A stretch of DNA of 64,000 nucleotides from Candidatus Poribacteria bacterium (lineage in GTDB: Bacteria; Poribacteria; WGA-4E; WGA-3G), in assembly GCA_965205025.1 (NCBI GenBank), contig CBDBFU010000009.1, positions 64,001 to 128,000 of the forward strand, read 5' to 3'. Below the pieces are notes generated by a model. That model was not told the DNA's origin. It did no database searches and saw only the letters and a list, made by a program, of their open reading frames with translations. The translations under genes and the position numbers were made by a program. Shown piece by piece: positions 53,372 through 64,000 of this stretch. Positions within the stretch are counted from its first letter, which is position 1; every line of letters begins with the position of its first letter.

Positions 53372-53731
53372 CGATATCCTCCTATCGGCTTATGTTCTAT
53401 AAACAGAGTCAAACAGGTAAGTTATTGTTATTTTCCAGAGTTAATTACACCATACAACTACCTGTATTGCACCTAATCTGTTTATTTGTATGTAAATATC
53501 GGTAACATAATCCTATATACCAAATCTGAGATGTGTTATACCAATATTGGTATAGTAGGATTATAGATAAAACTCTATTACTGTATTGGGTTGATAACTT
53601 AGGTTGATTTGGCATTATAATGAAAAATCATAATGCTTACCCATTTCTTATGGACTTTCTTCCATATTTGAAACTATAAATAATATGAAGTATCAAATTG
53701 GAGAAACAATCAAGCGGTAGTTGTTTATGTG

Positions 53732-54364
53732 TTACCTTGAATACAATTCAATAATTAACTGTGTGTCTAACTCTGCTGCAATTTGTTCAACAATTGGTGT
53801 GCCTTGAACTCGTCCTTCCGGTTTATCTGCATCAATTTCGAGCCATTGAGGTGATCCTCTCTGTTGTGAAAATTCTAAGGCTTCTTGTATTGCGATGTTT
53901 TCTCTGCTTTTTTCACGAGGAGAAATAACATCACCTACTTCAACGAGATAGGACGGTATATTAACGCGTTTTCCATTTACAGTAAAGTGGTTGTGTTTCA
54001 CAAGTTGTCTTGCTTGTTTTCGTGATGTAGCAAAACCGAGTCGATAAACGACATTGTCTAAACGACGCTCAAGTAGGGCAATTAGATTCTCACCTGTAAT
54101 CCCTGTTTGTCGCGCTGCTTTAAAGTAGTAATTTCGAAATTGTTTTTCAAAAATACCGTATATGCGTTTTGCTTTTTGCTTAGTCCGTAATTGTCGTCTA
54201 TATTCTCCGCGTGCTCGTGTCAGTGGTTTTTGACCATGGTCACCAGGTGGATAACTTCTTCTTTCAAATGAACATTTGGGTCCGATGCATCTGCGCCCCT
54301 TAAGAAAAAGTTTCTCACCTTCTCGACGACATAATTTACAGACAGAATCTAAATACCTACTCAT
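53732..54364 (-). CDS. rpsD: 30S ribosomal protein S4
   Basis: [30 protein letters not shown]. Confidence 0.97.
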   Translation of the reverse strand: MSRYLDSVCKLCRREGEKLFLKGRRCIGPKCSFERRSYPPGDHGQKPLTRARGEYRRQLRTKQKAKRIYGIFEKQFRNYYFKAARQTGITGENLIALLERRLDNVVYRLGFATSRKQARQLVKHNHFTVNGKRVNIPSYLVEVGDVISPREKSRENIAIQEALEFSQQRGSPQWLEIDADKPEGRVQGTPIVEQIAAELDTQLIIELYSR

Positions 54365-54378
54365 GTGTCTCCCTTGGT

Positions 54379-54750
54379 TTACACCCGTCTTCTTTTTGGT
54401 GGACGACATCCATTGTGTGGAATGGGTGTCATGTCCTTCATCAATGTAATTTCGAGTCCAGCAGCAGCAAGAGCGCGAATAGAGGATTCCCGTCCTGATC
54501 CTGGACCTTTGACCCTCACCTCAACTCGCTTCATCCCATGTTCTATAGCTTTTCTTGCGCATGCTTCAGCGGTCTGTTGAGCGGCAAATGGTGTTGACTT
54601 CCGCGAACCTGGGAACGTCATTCCTGCGCTTGCCCATGCAACAGTATTGCCAATGGGATCAGTGATAGTCACAATGGTGTTATTAAATGTAGCTTGGATA
54701 TGTGCAATGCCCTCTGGGACATTTTTTCGTTCCCGTCTTCGTGAACGCAA
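54379..54750 (-). CDS. rpsK: 30S ribosomal protein S11
   Basis: [33 protein letters not shown]. Confidence 0.97.
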   Translation of the reverse strand: MRSRRRERKNVPEGIAHIQATFNNTIVTITDPIGNTVAWASAGMTFPGSRKSTPFAAQQTAEACARKAIEHGMKRVEVRVKGPGSGRESSIRALAAAGLEITLMKDMTPIPHNGCRPPKRRRV

Positions 54751-54978
54751 ACTATATCTCCTTTACGAATTGTAAAAGTATAATAATTGTGCATAGATGG
54801 GTTGCATCTAATATATACGGAGAATCTCCTACTATAATTAAATTATACTTATATGATTAACTATTATGTTGTCTTGACGTATTGACTTTGCAGCAATATC
54901 AGGTGAAATCCAATTTATGCGTAAATTGAATCTTATAGAGTGTATATTCTGCAATGTATCTATGAGACTTTGGTGGAA

Positions 54979-55375
54979 TCAACCACCTTTACGTGCTGCC
55001 TCTTTCAGTTTCCTACCAACAGAGATAGTGCGTGCTTTACCCTTTCGAGTTCGGGCATTCGTATTGGTTCGCTGACCTCTTACAGGCAATTGTCGTCTGT
55101 GTCGAAGTCCACGATAACTGTTGATATCCATGAGTCGTTTTATATTCTGATCAACTTCGCGTCGTAGATCACCTTCAACCTTAAACTCTTCAGTGAATCT
55201 TATCTCGAAGTTTACTTACCTCGTTTTCATCCAATGCATCAACCTTTTTGCTTGGATCAATGTTGAGATCAGTAACGATTTGCGAAGCAGTGAAACGACC
55301 TATGCCGTAGATTGCTGTTAATGCTATATCTATCCTTTTTGTACGAGGTAGATCTACACCTGCGATACGTGCCAT
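54979..55375 (-). CDS. rpsM: 30S ribosomal protein S13 (apparent +1 frameshift near 55197)
   Basis: [15 protein letters not shown] / [27 protein letters not shown]; span 397 nt = 3n+1. Confidence 0.93.
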
Positions 55376-55402
55376 AATATCCTCCTTTAGGATATGACAG
55401 TA

Positions 55403-55519
55403 TTATCCCTGTCGTTGTTTGTGCTTAGGATTTGAAGAACAAATAACGCGAATAATACCCTTTCTCTTGATAATTTTGCAGCGAATACACATTTTCTTAA
55501 CAGATGGTCGGACTTTCAT
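55403..55519 (-). CDS. rpmJ: 50S ribosomal protein L36
   Basis: [38 protein letters not shown] (below ORF-track cutoff). Confidence 0.96.
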   Translation of the reverse strand: MKVRPSVKKMCIRCKIIKRKGIIRVICSSNPKHKQRQG

Positions 55520-55595
55520 AATTTCCTCTAATATTGATGTTAGTCGTGATATACCACAAGGTATTGTGTTGTATCAATCTTACAATTGGTGTTAA

Positions 55596-56939
55596 CTATC
55601 TACCGCGTCGTCCTTTTAGTCGTCTATCTTTCAAGAATCCATCGTAATGACGCATAGTTAAGTAGGACTCAATTTGTGATACAGTATCTAACACAACTCC
55701 GACAACAATCAGAACAGATGCCCCTTCAACCATACCGCCTACTCCAAGTCTGCTTGTAATTATGATAGGAATTACCGCTATCCCTGCAAGAAACAAAGCA
55801 CCGGGAAGTGTGATACGCGTAAGAGTTGTATTAATGTAATCAGCAGTTTGTTTACCCGGACGAAGCCCTGGAATGAAACCGCCATATTTCTGTAAATTCT
55901 CAGCCATGTCTACTGGATTAACTTGAACAGCGGTATAAAAATATGTAAATCCTATAATCAACAGAGCATATACACTAAGATATAATAGGGATGGATCTGA
56001 TGCATCCATTAGAGCTGCTAATCCGGCGACCCACTCCCAATCCTTTGGTAACAAACCTATCAGGACACCGGGGAAAGTCATCAAGGTAACAGCAAAGATA
56101 ATTGGAATCATCCCTGCAGTATTAACTCTTAAAGGTATAGACATAGCTCTTCCGCCGAATACTTTGTTTCCTCTAATTTGTTTTCCATATTGTACTGGAA
56201 TTTTACGAACGGAAAGATGTATAAAGATTGTCCCGCTAACTGCTACAACAATGAGAAGGAATAACATAGCGAGTTGTGCCAGTCCAAAGTTTGTATTACC
56301 TAACAAGTTCGAGTAGACAGTATTAACTCCTGCGGGAAATCCTGCCATAATGCCGACAGTAATGATTATTGATATACCTTGTCCGATTCCTCGCTCAGTA
56401 ATTTGTTCCCCAAGCCACATTACAAAGGCTGTACCCGCTGTTAATGTGAGAACAGCTAAAGCGTGCCACCATATTGTAGGATTATTGACTATAGCACCAG
56501 TTCCAGTCCCGAAAGCTTCACCCGGATTACGTAATAGAATAGTAATGGTAATACCTTGGACGATACTAAGTAATACGGTCCCATAGCGTGTGTATTGTGT
56601 AATCTTCTTTTTCCCATCTGGTTCTTTGGATAATTTCTCTAAGGATGGAACGATAACTGCGAGAAGCTGCATTATAATTGATGCACTAATATATGGCTGT
56701 ATTCCAAGAGCGAATATAGTCATTTGACCAAACGCCCCACCTGAAAATACATCAATCAATGCTAAGACATTCCCCGTTCGCTCTACAAGTTGTTTAAAGA
56801 ACTCTTCAAGTGCTTGGTCATCAATACCTGGTAAAGTGATATGTGCACCGAGTCGGTAAACTATAAGGAGTAGAACAGTAAAAATTATGCGTTTGCGTAA
56901 TTCTGGTATTTTAAAAGCGTTTTGTATTGCCTTAATCAC
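55596..56939 (-). CDS. secY: preprotein translocase SecY
   Basis: IFALGIQPYISASIIMQLL, WLGEQITERGIG, GGFIPGLRPG. Confidence 0.97.
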   Translation of the reverse strand: MIKAIQNAFKIPELRKRIIFTVLLLIVYRLGAHITLPGIDDQALEEFFKQLVERTGNVLALIDVFSGGAFGQMTIFALGIQPYISASIIMQLLAVIVPSLEKLSKEPDGKKKITQYTRYGTVLLSIVQGITITILLRNPGEAFGTGTGAIVNNPTIWWHALAVLTLTAGTAFVMWLGEQITERGIGQGISIIITVGIMAGFPAGVNTVYSNLLGNTNFGLAQLAMLFLLIVVAVSGTIFIHLSVRKIPVQYGKQIRGNKVFGGRAMSIPLRVNTAGMIPIIFAVTLMTFPGVLIGLLPKDWEWVAGLAALMDASDPSLLYLSVYALLIIGFTYFYTAVQVNPVDMAENLQKYGGFIPGLRPGKQTADYINTTLTRITLPGALFLAGIAVIPIIITSRLGVGGMVEGASVLIVVGVVLDTVSQIESYLTMRHYDGFLKDRRLKGRRGR

Positions 56940-57386
56940 TTATATCACCTCGGCAGTGCCACCCTTCGCTTGTATTTTTTCAATTGCAGATTTTGAAAAG
57001 CGGTGTGCGCGCACGTTAAGCCGTTTATCAAGTTCACCATCACCAAGTATTTTAATGAGAGCGTTTTTTCGTTTGATGATACCGTATTCTCGTAGAAGTT
57101 CTGGATTAACTTCCATTTCCTCCTCAAATAGGTTGAGAGTCTTAATATTGACGACATCATACTCGATCCGTTTATGTGCAATCCTGCGGGGACCTCTTTT
57201 TGGCACTCGTCTGACCAAAGGCATTTGTCCACCTTCAAACCATGCGGGTATTGTGCCTCCAGATCGAGATTTTTGTCCTTTATGTCCACGTCCGCTTGTT
57301 CCACCGTATCCGGAGCCCCTACCTCTTCCTAAGCGTTTCCGTTTCCGATGTGCCCCTGGGGGAGGTTTGAGTTCGTTGAGTTTCAT
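56940..57386 (-). CDS. rplO: 50S ribosomal protein L15
   Basis: [26 protein letters not shown]. Confidence 0.97.
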   Translation of the reverse strand: MKLNELKPPPGAHRKRKRLGRGRGSGYGGTSGRGHKGQKSRSGGTIPAWFEGGQMPLVRRVPKRGPRRIAHKRIEYDVVNIKTLNLFEEEMEVNPELLREYGIIKRKNALIKILGDGELDKRLNVRAHRFSKSAIEKIQAKGGTAEVI

Positions 57387-57422
57387 TGAATTTTCTGTTC
57401 CTTAGATATAAACTGAGAAAAC

Positions 57423-57953
57423 TCAGTCATTAGAATTGTTAGTGTTTTTATGTAATAGTTCTTCAACCGTTTTGCCTCTAATTCGAGCAACCTCATTGAC
57501 GTCCTTAAGACTTTTTAGTCCAATCATTGTTGCCTCAGCAATATTCTTAACATTTCGTGAAGAAAGGCATTTGGTGAGTGCATCCCGTACACCTGCAAAT
57601 TCCAATATGGCGCGTGTGGCATGACCAGCAATAATTCCTGTGCCAGGTCTCGCTGGTTTTAGCAGCACCTTTGCCGATTTAAATTCACACATTATCTCAT
57701 GGGGGAGTGTACCGCCAGAAAGGGGAACACGGATAAGATTTTTGCGTGCGTCAGCAAAACTCTTACGGAGAGCACCAGCAATTTCACTTGCACTACCAAA
57801 ACCGATACCTACTATACCTTCACGATTTCCGACCACCGAAAGAGTATTGAAACTGGGTGTTCTTCTACCTTTACCTACACGCATGACCCGATTGATAGAA
57901 ATGGGACGTTCTTCAAATTCATAATCTTCAGGATTAATTTTCTCTTTTTGCAA
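57423..57953 (-). CDS. rpsE: 30S ribosomal protein S5
   Basis: INRV..V.KG.R, VLLKPA.PGTGIIAG. Confidence 0.95.
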   Translation of the reverse strand: MQKEKINPEDYEFEERPISINRVMRVGKGRRTPSFNTLSVVGNREGIVGIGFGSASEIAGALRKSFADARKNLIRVPLSGGTLPHEIMCEFKSAKVLLKPARPGTGIIAGHATRAILEFAGVRDALTKCLSSRNVKNIAEATMIGLKSLKDVNEVARIRGKTVEELLHKNTNNSND

Positions 57954-57985
57954 ATAAGTCTCCTCTCCAGGACCAACCTGGACAT

Positions 57986-58354
57986 TTAGAACTTCAGACC
58001 TTCTTCCCTTGCAGCATCAGCGAGGGCTTTGATCCGACCATGATATAGATAACCACTCCTGTCGAATATGACTCCTTCAATCTGATTTTCCTTTGCCTTC
58101 TGTGCAATAAGCTGACCGACGTTTTGTGCGATCTGTATTTTTCCAGCCTCTGTGGCATCGGCTTTTACTTCTGGAGACAAACTGGATGCATGTGCAAGTG
58201 TATTTCCGGTCTCATCATCAATAATTTGAGCATAAATATGTTTTAAGCTTCTACTAACGGAAAGCCGAGGTCTTTGCAAACTGCCACTGACCTTCTTACG
58301 AACTCTTTTCTTTCGTCGAAAATGACTCAACTGTTTTTTCTTAGTCTTATCCAA
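57986..58354 (-). CDS. rplR: 50S ribosomal protein L18
   Basis: [29 protein letters not shown]. Confidence 0.96.
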   Translation of the reverse strand: MDKTKKKQLSHFRRKKRVRKKVSGSLQRPRLSVSRSLKHIYAQIIDDETGNTLAHASSLSPEVKADATEAGKIQIAQNVGQLIAQKAKENQIEGVIFDRSGYLYHGRIKALADAAREEGLKF

Positions 58355-58418
58355 GGGATCTCCTCCCACATTAAAACACGACCGTTAAGTTTATACGAGA
58401 TAAATTGGGTTATGTTTA

Positions 58419-58985
58419 TTAGCCAGCAACTTTTCCTTCTTTATCGCGTACCCGTTCACCCTCATACCGAATCCCTTTACTCGGTTTATAGGTTTCAGGT
58501 TTTTTGATTTGTCGAATAGAAGCGGCAACTTGTCCTACGACTTGTTTATCAATGCCACCAATGATAATAGGTGTATGTGCTTGACCATCAATATTCTCTG
58601 ATGGTTCAACCGTTATGGTAACCCCTTCAGGTGGAGTGAATGTCACGGTATGTGAATATCCTACATCAAGTGTCAAGACATTCTGACGACTCACTTCTGC
58701 GCGGTATCCTGTTCCTACAACGCGTAACCGTTTCTCAAAACCTTCAGTTACACCGGTAATCATATTTGCAATTAGGCTTCGAGTTAATCCGTGAAGAGCT
58801 TTCTGTTGTTTTTCATCAGTTTTCCGTTCTATGTTAATAACATCTTCTTCAACATTTGCACCAATCCCATTAGGTATAACCCAATTCAATTTACCCTTTG
58901 GACCTTCAACTTGTATTTCATTGTCGTTGAATTCAACTTTTACTGAATTTGGAATAGGAATTGGAATTTGTCCAATACGAGACAT
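58419..58985 (-). CDS. rplF: 50S ribosomal protein L6
   Basis: MSRIG..PI, HGLTRSLIANM..GV, KGIRY.GE. Confidence 0.96.
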   Translation of the reverse strand: MSRIGQIPIPIPNSVKVEFNDNEIQVEGPKGKLNWVIPNGIGANVEEDVINIERKTDEKQQKALHGLTRSLIANMITGVTEGFEKRLRVVGTGYRAEVSRQNVLTLDVGYSHTVTFTPPEGVTITVEPSENIDGQAHTPIIIGGIDKQVVGQVAASIRQIKKPETYKPSKGIRYEGERVRDKEGKVAG

Positions 58986-59043
58986 TCTATTTCTCCAATA
59001 ATTTAGAACTTGCAGGAATTCTACCGTAGCAGTGAGTGGAGTA

Positions 59044-59445
59044 TTACCAGATATAGCAGAGCACCTCGCCACCAATTTTGGCGCGCCTACACTCTATTGA
59101 TGTTCTTACTCCCTGCGATGTTGACAATATTGCGATACCCAGGTCTCCATATACCCTTGGTAACTTATCAGATTTTGCATAAACTCGTCTACCGGGTTTG
59201 CTAATTCTTTTTAGGTTAGTAATAGCTTTTTCCTTACTATTGTCTCCATATTTTAGGTAAATTCGTATAATACCTTGTTTCCCATCCTCAATTAGACGAT
59301 AGTTACGGACGAATCCTTCTTCAGAGAGGATTCGTGCAATCTCTGCTTTTAGATTTGATGCTGATATCTCAACGCGCTCATGCCCAGCCATATTTGCATT
59401 TCGTATCCGCGTTAACATATCTGCGATTGGATCAGTCATTGACAT
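59044..59445 (-). CDS. rpsH: 30S ribosomal protein S8
   Basis: [34 protein letters not shown]. Confidence 0.97.
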   Translation of the reverse strand: MSMTDPIADMLTRIRNANMAGHERVEISASNLKAEIARILSEEGFVRNYRLIEDGKQGIIRIYLKYGDNSKEKAITNLKRISKPGRRVYAKSDKLPRVYGDLGIAILSTSQGVRTSIECRRAKIGGEVLCYIW

Positions 59446-59459
59446 GAATATTCTCCTTC

Positions 59460-59645
59460 TTACCAACTCGCCTTTCTAACACCAGGTATTTTCCCTGCTC
59501 GTGCTAAGAGGCGAAAGCAGATACGACATAATTCAAACTTACGCAGATACCCCCGTGCGCGACCACAAGTCTTACATCGGCTATACTTTCGTGAACTGAA
59601 CCGAGGGGTTTTCTTATTTCTGGCAATCCATGATTTACTTGCCAA
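59460..59645 (-). CDS. rpsN: 30S ribosomal protein S14 (Zn-binding type)
   Basis: [26 protein letters not shown]. Confidence 0.95.
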   Translation of the reverse strand: MASKSWIARNKKTPRFSSRKYSRCKTCGRARGYLRKFELCRICFRLLARAGKIPGVRKASW

Positions 59646-59691
59646 CTTAATACTCCTTTGAACGTATACTTAGTATGTTAACTCTCAAACA

Positions 59692-60263
59692 TTACGTATT
59701 ATTGCGAAACGGCATTCCAAATTCCCTTAGTAATGCCCGTGCTTCTTCATCGGAAGGAGCAGACGTTACAATAGAAACATTCATGCCTCTAACATCGCTA
59801 ACATCGTCATAGTCAATCTCTGGAAAGAATCAGTTGTTCCGTTAGACCTAACGAATAGTTCCCTCGTCCATCAAAAGCATCCGGTGAGACACCTCGAAAA
59901 TCTCTGATTTGAGGTAGAACAACATTAATTAATCGATTAAAGAATTCATACATCCGTATCTGTCGTAGGGTGACTTTACACCCTATTGCCATACCGGGTG
60001 TACGATTCATTTTCGATGGTCCTCTAATTTTAAATGCCGAAATGGATTTTCTGGCCCCGTGTAATAACAGCACGCTGTCCTGCGATAAGAGTTAACTCTT
60101 CAACAGCATCTTCAAGTGCTTTTGGATTATCAACTGCCTCACCAACACCAATATTTAAGGTTATTTTTTCTAATTTTGGGATCTGCATTACGTTTTTATA
60201 GTTAAATTCCTTTTGTAATGCAGAAGCAACTTCTGTTTGGTAAAATGCTTTAAATTGGCTCAT
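59692..60263 (-). CDS. rplE: 50S ribosomal protein L5 (two apparent +1 frameshifts near 60056 and 59829)
   Basis: [18 protein letters not shown] / [29 protein letters not shown] / FPEIDYD..RGMNV; span 572 nt = 570+2. Confidence 0.93.
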
Positions 60264-60354
60264 TAGCCTTGTACCTACTTACATGACAGTAATTTCTATT
60301 TCTTTCCAAATGTTAATTGATTTGCATTCAACTATTTTCAGTTCAGGTTAGTTC

Positions 60355-60588
60355 CTATCTTTCAACTTTCTTCAAGTTAGAGATATGAATAGTGCCTTCC
60401 CGCTCAACAATACCACCTTGACCAGTTTGATTTGGTCTTAGATGGCGTTTTATGAAATGCACACCTTCAACAATAGCTCTGCTTTTCTTTGGATAGATTT
60501 CCAACACGACGCCTTGTTTGCCTCTGTCTTGACCACTCAAGACAACGACTAAATCATCTTTTTTAATATGCAGCTTTTTCTTAGACAT
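60355..60588 (-). CDS. rplX: 50S ribosomal protein L24 (short form, 77 aa)
   Basis: IKKDD.V.VLSGQDRGK.G, GGIVERE..IHISN. Confidence 0.93.
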   Translation of the reverse strand: MSKKKLHIKKDDLVVVLSGQDRGKQGVVLEIYPKKSRAIVEGVHFIKRHLRPNQTGQGGIVEREGTIHISNLKKVER

Positions 60589-60597
60589 ATTCGTCTC

Positions 60598-60967
60598 CTA
60601 AATCACCTCTGGTGCCAAAGAAACGATTCTGGTGAACGATTTTTCACGAAGTTCGCGTGCGACCGGTCCAAAAATGCGTGTTCCCCGAGGTTCATTCTCT
60701 GGAGTAAGAAGAACTGCTGCATTCTGATTCAAACTTGATATAAGAACCGTCTGGACGACGAAATTCCTTAGCAGTTCGTACAACAACAGCACGGACAACT
60801 TCACCAGATTTAACCTGTGTGTTTGGTGCTGCTTCTTTTATACTTGCAACAATAACATCGCCAACACGGGCATAACGTCTTCGTGTTCCACCGAGGACAC
60901 TGATACACATTAGATCTCTGGCTCCAGTATTATCAGCGCAGGTTAATCGAGTATAATTCTGAACCAT
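60598..60967 (-). CDS. rplN: 50S ribosomal protein L14 (apparent +1 frameshift near 60728)
   Basis: [17 protein letters not shown] / [19 protein letters not shown]; span 370 nt = 3n+1. Confidence 0.94.
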
Positions 60968-60987
60968 TGCGGTACCTTCCTTTTGAA

Positions 60988-61257
60988 TTAATCATCTGCA
61001 GTTTGTGCTGCTGATATGATCGATTGGACTCGCCATCGTTTATGTCGACTAATCGGGCGGGTTTCAACGATCTGTACTACATCCCCGACGTTACATGTAT
61101 TTTGTTCGTCATGCGCATGAACCTTTTTTGTCGAACGCACAACCTTTTTGTAAAGTGGATGTTGATAACTCCGTACTATAGCTACTGTCACAGTCTTTGC
61201 CATACGATTACTCATGACAGTACCTGTGCGGATTTTTCTGTGTCTTCTATTTTCCAC
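60988..61257 (-). CDS. rpsQ: 30S ribosomal protein S17
   Basis: [32 protein letters not shown]; GTG start after GAGGA. Confidence 0.95.
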   Translation of the reverse strand: MENRRHRKIRTGTVMSNRMAKTVTVAIVRSYQHPLYKKVVRSTKKVHAHDEQNTCNVGDVVQIVETRPISRHKRWRVQSIISAAQTADD

Positions 61258-61381
61258 GTTGTATTTATCCTCTATTAGGAACATTCCTATGAATATTGTG
61301 CATAAGATTCTAAGATCTGTCACAAAACGTCCCAAAGTTGCTGGTAACGTCAAAATGTAGTGAATAGTCCTATTATAATTA

Positions 61382-61582
61382 TTAATCCTGGGATTCCAAT
61401 TCCCGTGCACGTTGAATGGTTTTGACCCGTGCAATATCTTTTCGAATTTTTCCGAGAAGAGTTGTGTCTTCTAACTGTCCCAGAATTCCTCTTGCTTTTT
61501 GGTTAAATAGATTCTCTTTTAGAGTCTCTAATTCATTCTCCAATTCTTCATTAGACATATTTCGTACCTCATGAGCTTTCAT
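61382..61582 (-). CDS. rpmC: 50S ribosomal protein L29
   Basis: MKA.EVR.MS.EEL..LFN..GQLE...IRKDIARVKT. Confidence 0.94.
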   Translation of the reverse strand: MKAHEVRNMSNEELENELETLKENLFNQKARGILGQLEDTTLLGKIRKDIARVKTIQRARELESQD

Positions 61583-61584
61583 TT

Positions 61585-61998
61585 CTATATCTCACCTCTT
61601 GCAACGAATTTGGTCTTAATTGGGAATTTATGAGCAGCCCGTTCCATAGCATCTTTTGCGATATCTCGTGGAACACCACTTAATTCGTATATAATCCGTC
61701 CAGGTTTAACTACAGCAACCCAGAATTCGGGAGCACCTTTTCCACCCCCCATCCGAGTTTCCGCTGGTTTTTTGCTGATAGGTTTATGTGGAAATATTTT
61801 AATCCACATTTTTCCACCACGACGTACAGCACGAGTGATAGCCACCCTACCAGATTCAATCTGGTTGCTTGTGATCCATCCGGCTTCCATAGCTTGTAAC
61901 CCATATTCGCCAAAGTTTATCTGAGATCCACTTTGGGGTTTACCCCGACGTTTACCACGGTGGACCTTTCGGTGCATCACCCGTTTCGGCATTAACAT
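61585..61998 (-). CDS. rplP: 50S ribosomal protein L16
   Basis: [24 protein letters not shown]. Confidence 0.97.
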   Translation of the reverse strand: MLMPKRVMHRKVHRGKRRGKPQSGSQINFGEYGLQAMEAGWITSNQIESGRVAITRAVRRGGKMWIKIFPHKPISKKPAETRMGGGKGAPEFWVAVVKPGRIIYELSGVPRDIAKDAMERAAHKFPIKTKFVARGEI

Positions 61999-62050
61999 TT
62001 TATAACTCCTTAATCAGTAGCAATCTTGAGAACATAAACTCTAAAATAAG

Positions 62051-62848
62051 TTAATTTTGGGGTTCTCGGTCATTCTGTTCTCGTTGTCTCCGCCGATTTC
62101 CTTGCCTTGGATTGGAAGATCGATTGTCTTGTCGTCGATTCTGATTACGTGTGTTACCAGAAGATCTGCGTCTTCCACTCTGTGGGCGTCGAGGTTCAGG
62201 TTCACCCCCCAAGGCTTCTGGCACACCCAAGATCTCCCCTTTGAAGATCCAAGTTTTCACACCGATGATCCCGTATGTTGTATTTGCTTCTGTAAAACCG
62301 TAGTCGACATTTGCACGAAGTGTATGTAACGGAACTCGTCCTTCAAGGCTGGACTCTGATCTTGCGATTTCTTTTCCATCAAGTCGACCACTGACCATTA
62401 CCTTCACACCTTGTGCGCCTGCTTGCATTGAAACAGCAATATTTCGCCGCATTGCCTGTTTAAAACTGGTACGACGTTCAATTTGCGTTGCCACAGCTTC
62501 AGCGAGAAGTTGTGCATCAAGTTCTGGAACTTTTATTTCTTTAACTTCAATACTAACCGAACGACCAATCAGTTTTTCGATTTCAGCTGTTAGTTTTTCA
62601 GAATCTACACCACGTCGTCCAATTACAATTCCAGGTCTTGCGGTATGTATGTAGATTCTACATTTTTCAGCGACCCGTTCAATTTCAATTCTTGAGATAC
62701 CAGCCCGCATTAATTCCTGTTTAATGTAATTTTGTATCTGAAAATCTTCATGTAGCCATTGGGCATAATCTCGGTCACTATACCATTTTGAATCCCAGGT
62801 TTCAATTATTCCTAATCGCAACCCACGCGGGTGAGTTTTTTGTCCCAC
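62051..62848 (-). CDS. rpsC: 30S ribosomal protein S3 with Arg/Gln-rich tail
   Basis: GQKTHP.GLRLG, ARPGIVIG, GRVPLHTLRA. Confidence 0.97.
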   Translation of the reverse strand: MGQKTHPRGLRLGIIETWDSKWYSDRDYAQWLHEDFQIQNYIKQELMRAGISRIEIERVAEKCRIYIHTARPGIVIGRRGVDSEKLTAEIEKLIGRSVSIEVKEIKVPELDAQLLAEAVATQIERRTSFKQAMRRNIAVSMQAGAQGVKVMVSGRLDGKEIARSESSLEGRVPLHTLRANVDYGFTEANTTYGIIGVKTWIFKGEILGVPEALGGEPEPRRPQSGRRRSSGNTRNQNRRQDNRSSNPRQGNRRRQREQNDREPQN

Positions 62849-62907
62849 ACAAACCTCCTGTTGGATTTTACCCTTTTGTGACAATAGAGGAATAGCAGTG
62901 GTATTGT

Positions 62908-63261
62908 TTACTCAACATCATCGTCGGTCTCCTCATCAACAACAACTGTGATATGACTTCGTCGTCTTAGTATGCGATTTGCCATACCTCGTGCACGGGG
63001 TCGAATCCATTTTCGTGTAATTCCTTCATCAACACGAATCTCTTTAACGTATAAATCAGCGACTTCAATACCGGGTTCCTGGTATTGAACATTCGCTACA
63101 GCGGATTGAATCAGCTTATGTATAACTGGTGCTGCCGCTTTATGTGTAAAGAGCAGTTGATTCATCGCATCGTCAACATATTGATTCCTAACTAAGTCGG
63201 CAACAAGACGGGCTTTCCGTGGTGATACCGATACGTTCCGAATCTTTGCTCTTCCTTCCAT
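62908..63261 (-). CDS. rplV: 50S ribosomal protein L22
   Basis: SPRKARLVADLVR, PRARG.A..I..R.SHITV. Confidence 0.97.
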   Translation of the reverse strand: MEGRAKIRNVSVSPRKARLVADLVRNQYVDDAMNQLLFTHKAAAPVIHKLIQSAVANVQYQEPGIEVADLYVKEIRVDEGITRKWIRPRARGMANRILRRRSHITVVVDEETDDDVE

Positions 63262-63395
63262 TAGTATCTCCTAACAAGATCTTATACATATCATGTTTAA
63301 TGTCTTGTTTCAAATGACTTTTATCAATTTATCGAAATATACTCAGCATAAAGTAAAATAGAATACCGCATTCCGATATAACTCATGAATACTAT

Positions 63396-63677
63396 CTATC
63401 TGGCTGCAACACCGCCGCCACCACTTGCATGCGAACGGAATGTTCGAGTTGGTGCAAATTCTCCGAGTTTGTGTCCAACCATGTTTTCTGTAATATAGAC
63501 AGGGAAAAATTTCTTACCGTTATGTATAGCAACTGTATGTCCAACAAATTCTGGTGTAATAGTGGAACTTCTTGCCCACGTTCGAATAACCCGTTTGCTA
63601 CCAGATTGTTCCATCTCTGCTATATGTTTGGCAAGTTTTGCGTCTACATAGGGACCTTTTTTAATTGAACGTGGCAT
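63396..63677 (-). CDS. rpsS: 30S ribosomal protein S19
   Basis: [25 protein letters not shown]. Confidence 0.97.
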   Translation of the reverse strand: MPRSIKKGPYVDAKLAKHIAEMEQSGSKRVIRTWARSSTITPEFVGHTVAIHNGKKFFPVYITENMVGHKLGEFAPTRTFRSHASGGGGVAAR

Positions 63678-63697
63678 AAGATGCCTCCTTAATATAA

Positions 63698-64000
63698 CTA
63701 TTTACGTTTTGCCATAATATATCGACCAGATTTCTTTTTAGGATTACGAGTTTTATATCCTTTTGTTGGAACACCCCAAGGTGTAACTGGATGTCTTCCT
63801 CCAGAACTCTTACCTTCACCACCGCCGTGAGGATGATCAACAGGATTCATAGCTACACCTCTAACCTTCGGACGTTTGCCTAACCATCTTGAACGTCCTG
63901 CCTTACCGATTGAGATAGTGGTAGCATTTCCAACTTGTCCAATAGTTGCCATTGCTTTCACTGGAATCAATCGAACTTCCCCAGAGGGTAGTCGTATCCT
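63698..64000 (-). CDS. rplB: 50S ribosomal protein L2 (C-terminal part)
   Basis: [38 protein letters not shown]. Confidence 0.97.
   Translation of the reverse strand, partial: RIRLPSGEVRLIPVKAMATIGQVGNATTISIGKAGRSRWLGKRPKVRGVAMNPVDHPHGGGEGKSSGGRHPVTPWGVPTKGYKTRNPKKKSGRYIMAKRK

Noticed and set aside
51974-60967. Programmed frameshifting or true pseudogenisation of rplQ, rpsM, rplE, rplN
   Set aside because: Essential genes otherwise fully conserved, single-base indels, no common slippery heptamer; sequencing error is more parsimonious.

Overview
64-kb bacterial chromosomal window of moderately low GC. ECF-sigma/WD40 fusions and the style of the accessory genes suggest Candidatus Poribacteria or a relative; this is inference only. 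Core content: hisI-trpE-trpG, fumC, rpoBC, a stand-alone EF-G paralog, an HtrA protease, tRNA-Pro(GGG), hom, yceD-rpmF-fabH-fabD-fabG-acpP-fabF-folK and most of the S10-spc-alpha ribosomal cluster (rplB to rplQ). An accessory/defence hotspot at about 25.2-33.5 kb holds HicAB modules, a broken type III R-M system, gene stubs and a structured 2-kb non-coding stretch. The most notable observations are: (1) an unannotated leader peptide with H-W-H-W-W and a terminator/antiterminator in front of a mixed his/trp operon; (2) a roughly 600-aa insertion in the RNA polymerase beta' trigger-loop region made of about 13 repeats resembling the protein's own clamp segment; (3) a receiver-domain/HicB fusion next to hicA; (4) two tandem membrane-anchored ECF-WD40 sigma factors sharing a putative autoregulatory promoter; (5) modular AAACC-N13-GGTTT-like plus short-repeat units in the non-coding island. 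Several ribosomal genes carry 1-nt frameshifts that are probably sequencing errors; three sit in GAWTC/GATC context. All product calls are from motif recognition, with no database searches.
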